Source of the DNA: Octopus bimaculoides
Taxonomy: Eukaryota
Assembly (NCBI RefSeq): GCF_001194135.2
Contig: NC_068990.1
Location: 17,304,022 to 17,368,021 of the forward strand
DNA: 64,000 bases
Reading direction: 5' to 3'
This document shows positions 63,239 through 64,000 of this stretch, in pieces. Positions within the stretch are counted from its first letter, which is position 1. Every line of letters begins with the position of its first letter. A program made the translations under genes and the position numbers. Below the pieces are notes generated by a model. That model was not told the DNA's origin, did not search any database, and worked only from the letters and a program-made list of their open reading frames with translations.

Positions 63239-64000
63239 NNNNNNNNNNNNNNNNNNNNTATAAAACATGCTTCTTTCAGTTTCTGTCTACCAAATCCACT
63301 TACAAGGCTTTAGTTGGCCCAAGGCCATAGTAGAAGACACTTGCCCAAGGTGCCATGCAGTGGGACTGAACCTGGAACCATGTGGTTGGGAAGCAAGCTT
63401 CTTACCACACAGCCACTCCTGCACCTATTTTATTTTATTTTTTTAAGCCTGGTACTTATTCTAATTGGTCACTTATGTGGAACTGCTCAGTTACGAGGAC
63501 ATAAACAAACCACCACTGGTTGCCAATCAATATATACATATATATATATATATATATTTAAGCACAGGCATATATATGTGAACTGAATATGCCTAACCAC
63601 TGAGCCACACACCTTCACTCTCTTAACTGGAGAGAAAAGGAGTGAAGTGATAGAGATAGAGAAAAGAAAGCCTCAGTCATTTAAAAATGACAATTAGATT
63701 GAAATACGGTTGATCTTTTCTAGTTTCTTTACTTTTAACAATAAAGAAGAGGGAAAGAGATTTAGAAATGACTGGAAGGTTTCCATTCTGGGAGTTCGAG
63801 AAGGATCGAGTGTTAGTTCTCTCTTCTTTCCCTGACCCCTGGTTTTTATTTGCTTTGTCTGATACTTTTAGTTGGAAAGAAAGACTGTTTTTTTTTTCAG
63901 GCATGTTTAACATTTCCTCTACAAACTAAAAACAAGCCCCAATCCCTTGTTTTTTTTTTTTTCATACAAAAACTAATGCAAATTTTGAACGGGGTATAGC

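Noticed and set aside
63677-63913. 78-aa minus-strand ORF near the window edge as a possible upstream integrin exon
   Set aside because: No integrin motif and no suitable phase-1 donor.

Overview
AT-rich, repeat-dense animal DNA with seven N gaps. The SINE families and microsatellites resemble those of Octopus/coleoid cephalopods (inference). One protein-coding gene is supported: a minus-strand integrin alpha subunit with 15 coding exons from 55352 down to the stop at 16778. Every exon has AG/GT boundaries and consistent phases, giving about 733 aa: FG-GAP propeller blades 4-7, thigh, genu (CGDDDKC), calf-1, calf-2, TM helix and a GFFKR tail. The 5' exons (signal peptide, blades 1-3) were not found and probably lie beyond 64000. 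The rest is mostly mobile-element debris: a near-full-length dead R4/Dong-like RLE LINE (about 12.2-15.9 kb), Tx1/L1-like and RTE fragments, a DD37D (maT) Tc1/mariner remnant, mariner/piggyBac/hAT/Helitron-like MITEs, many tRNA-derived SINEs and several fold-back inverted repeats. Most notable are an apparently shortened calf-2 with no visible furin-cleavage loop, a Penelope-type minimal hammerhead ribozyme inside a 107-bp inverted repeat, an AG-free pyrimidine satellite of about 780 nt at a splice acceptor, and a head-to-tail SINE/(AAT)n array hit by the R4/Dong element. No CRISPR array, rRNA or true tRNA gene was seen.
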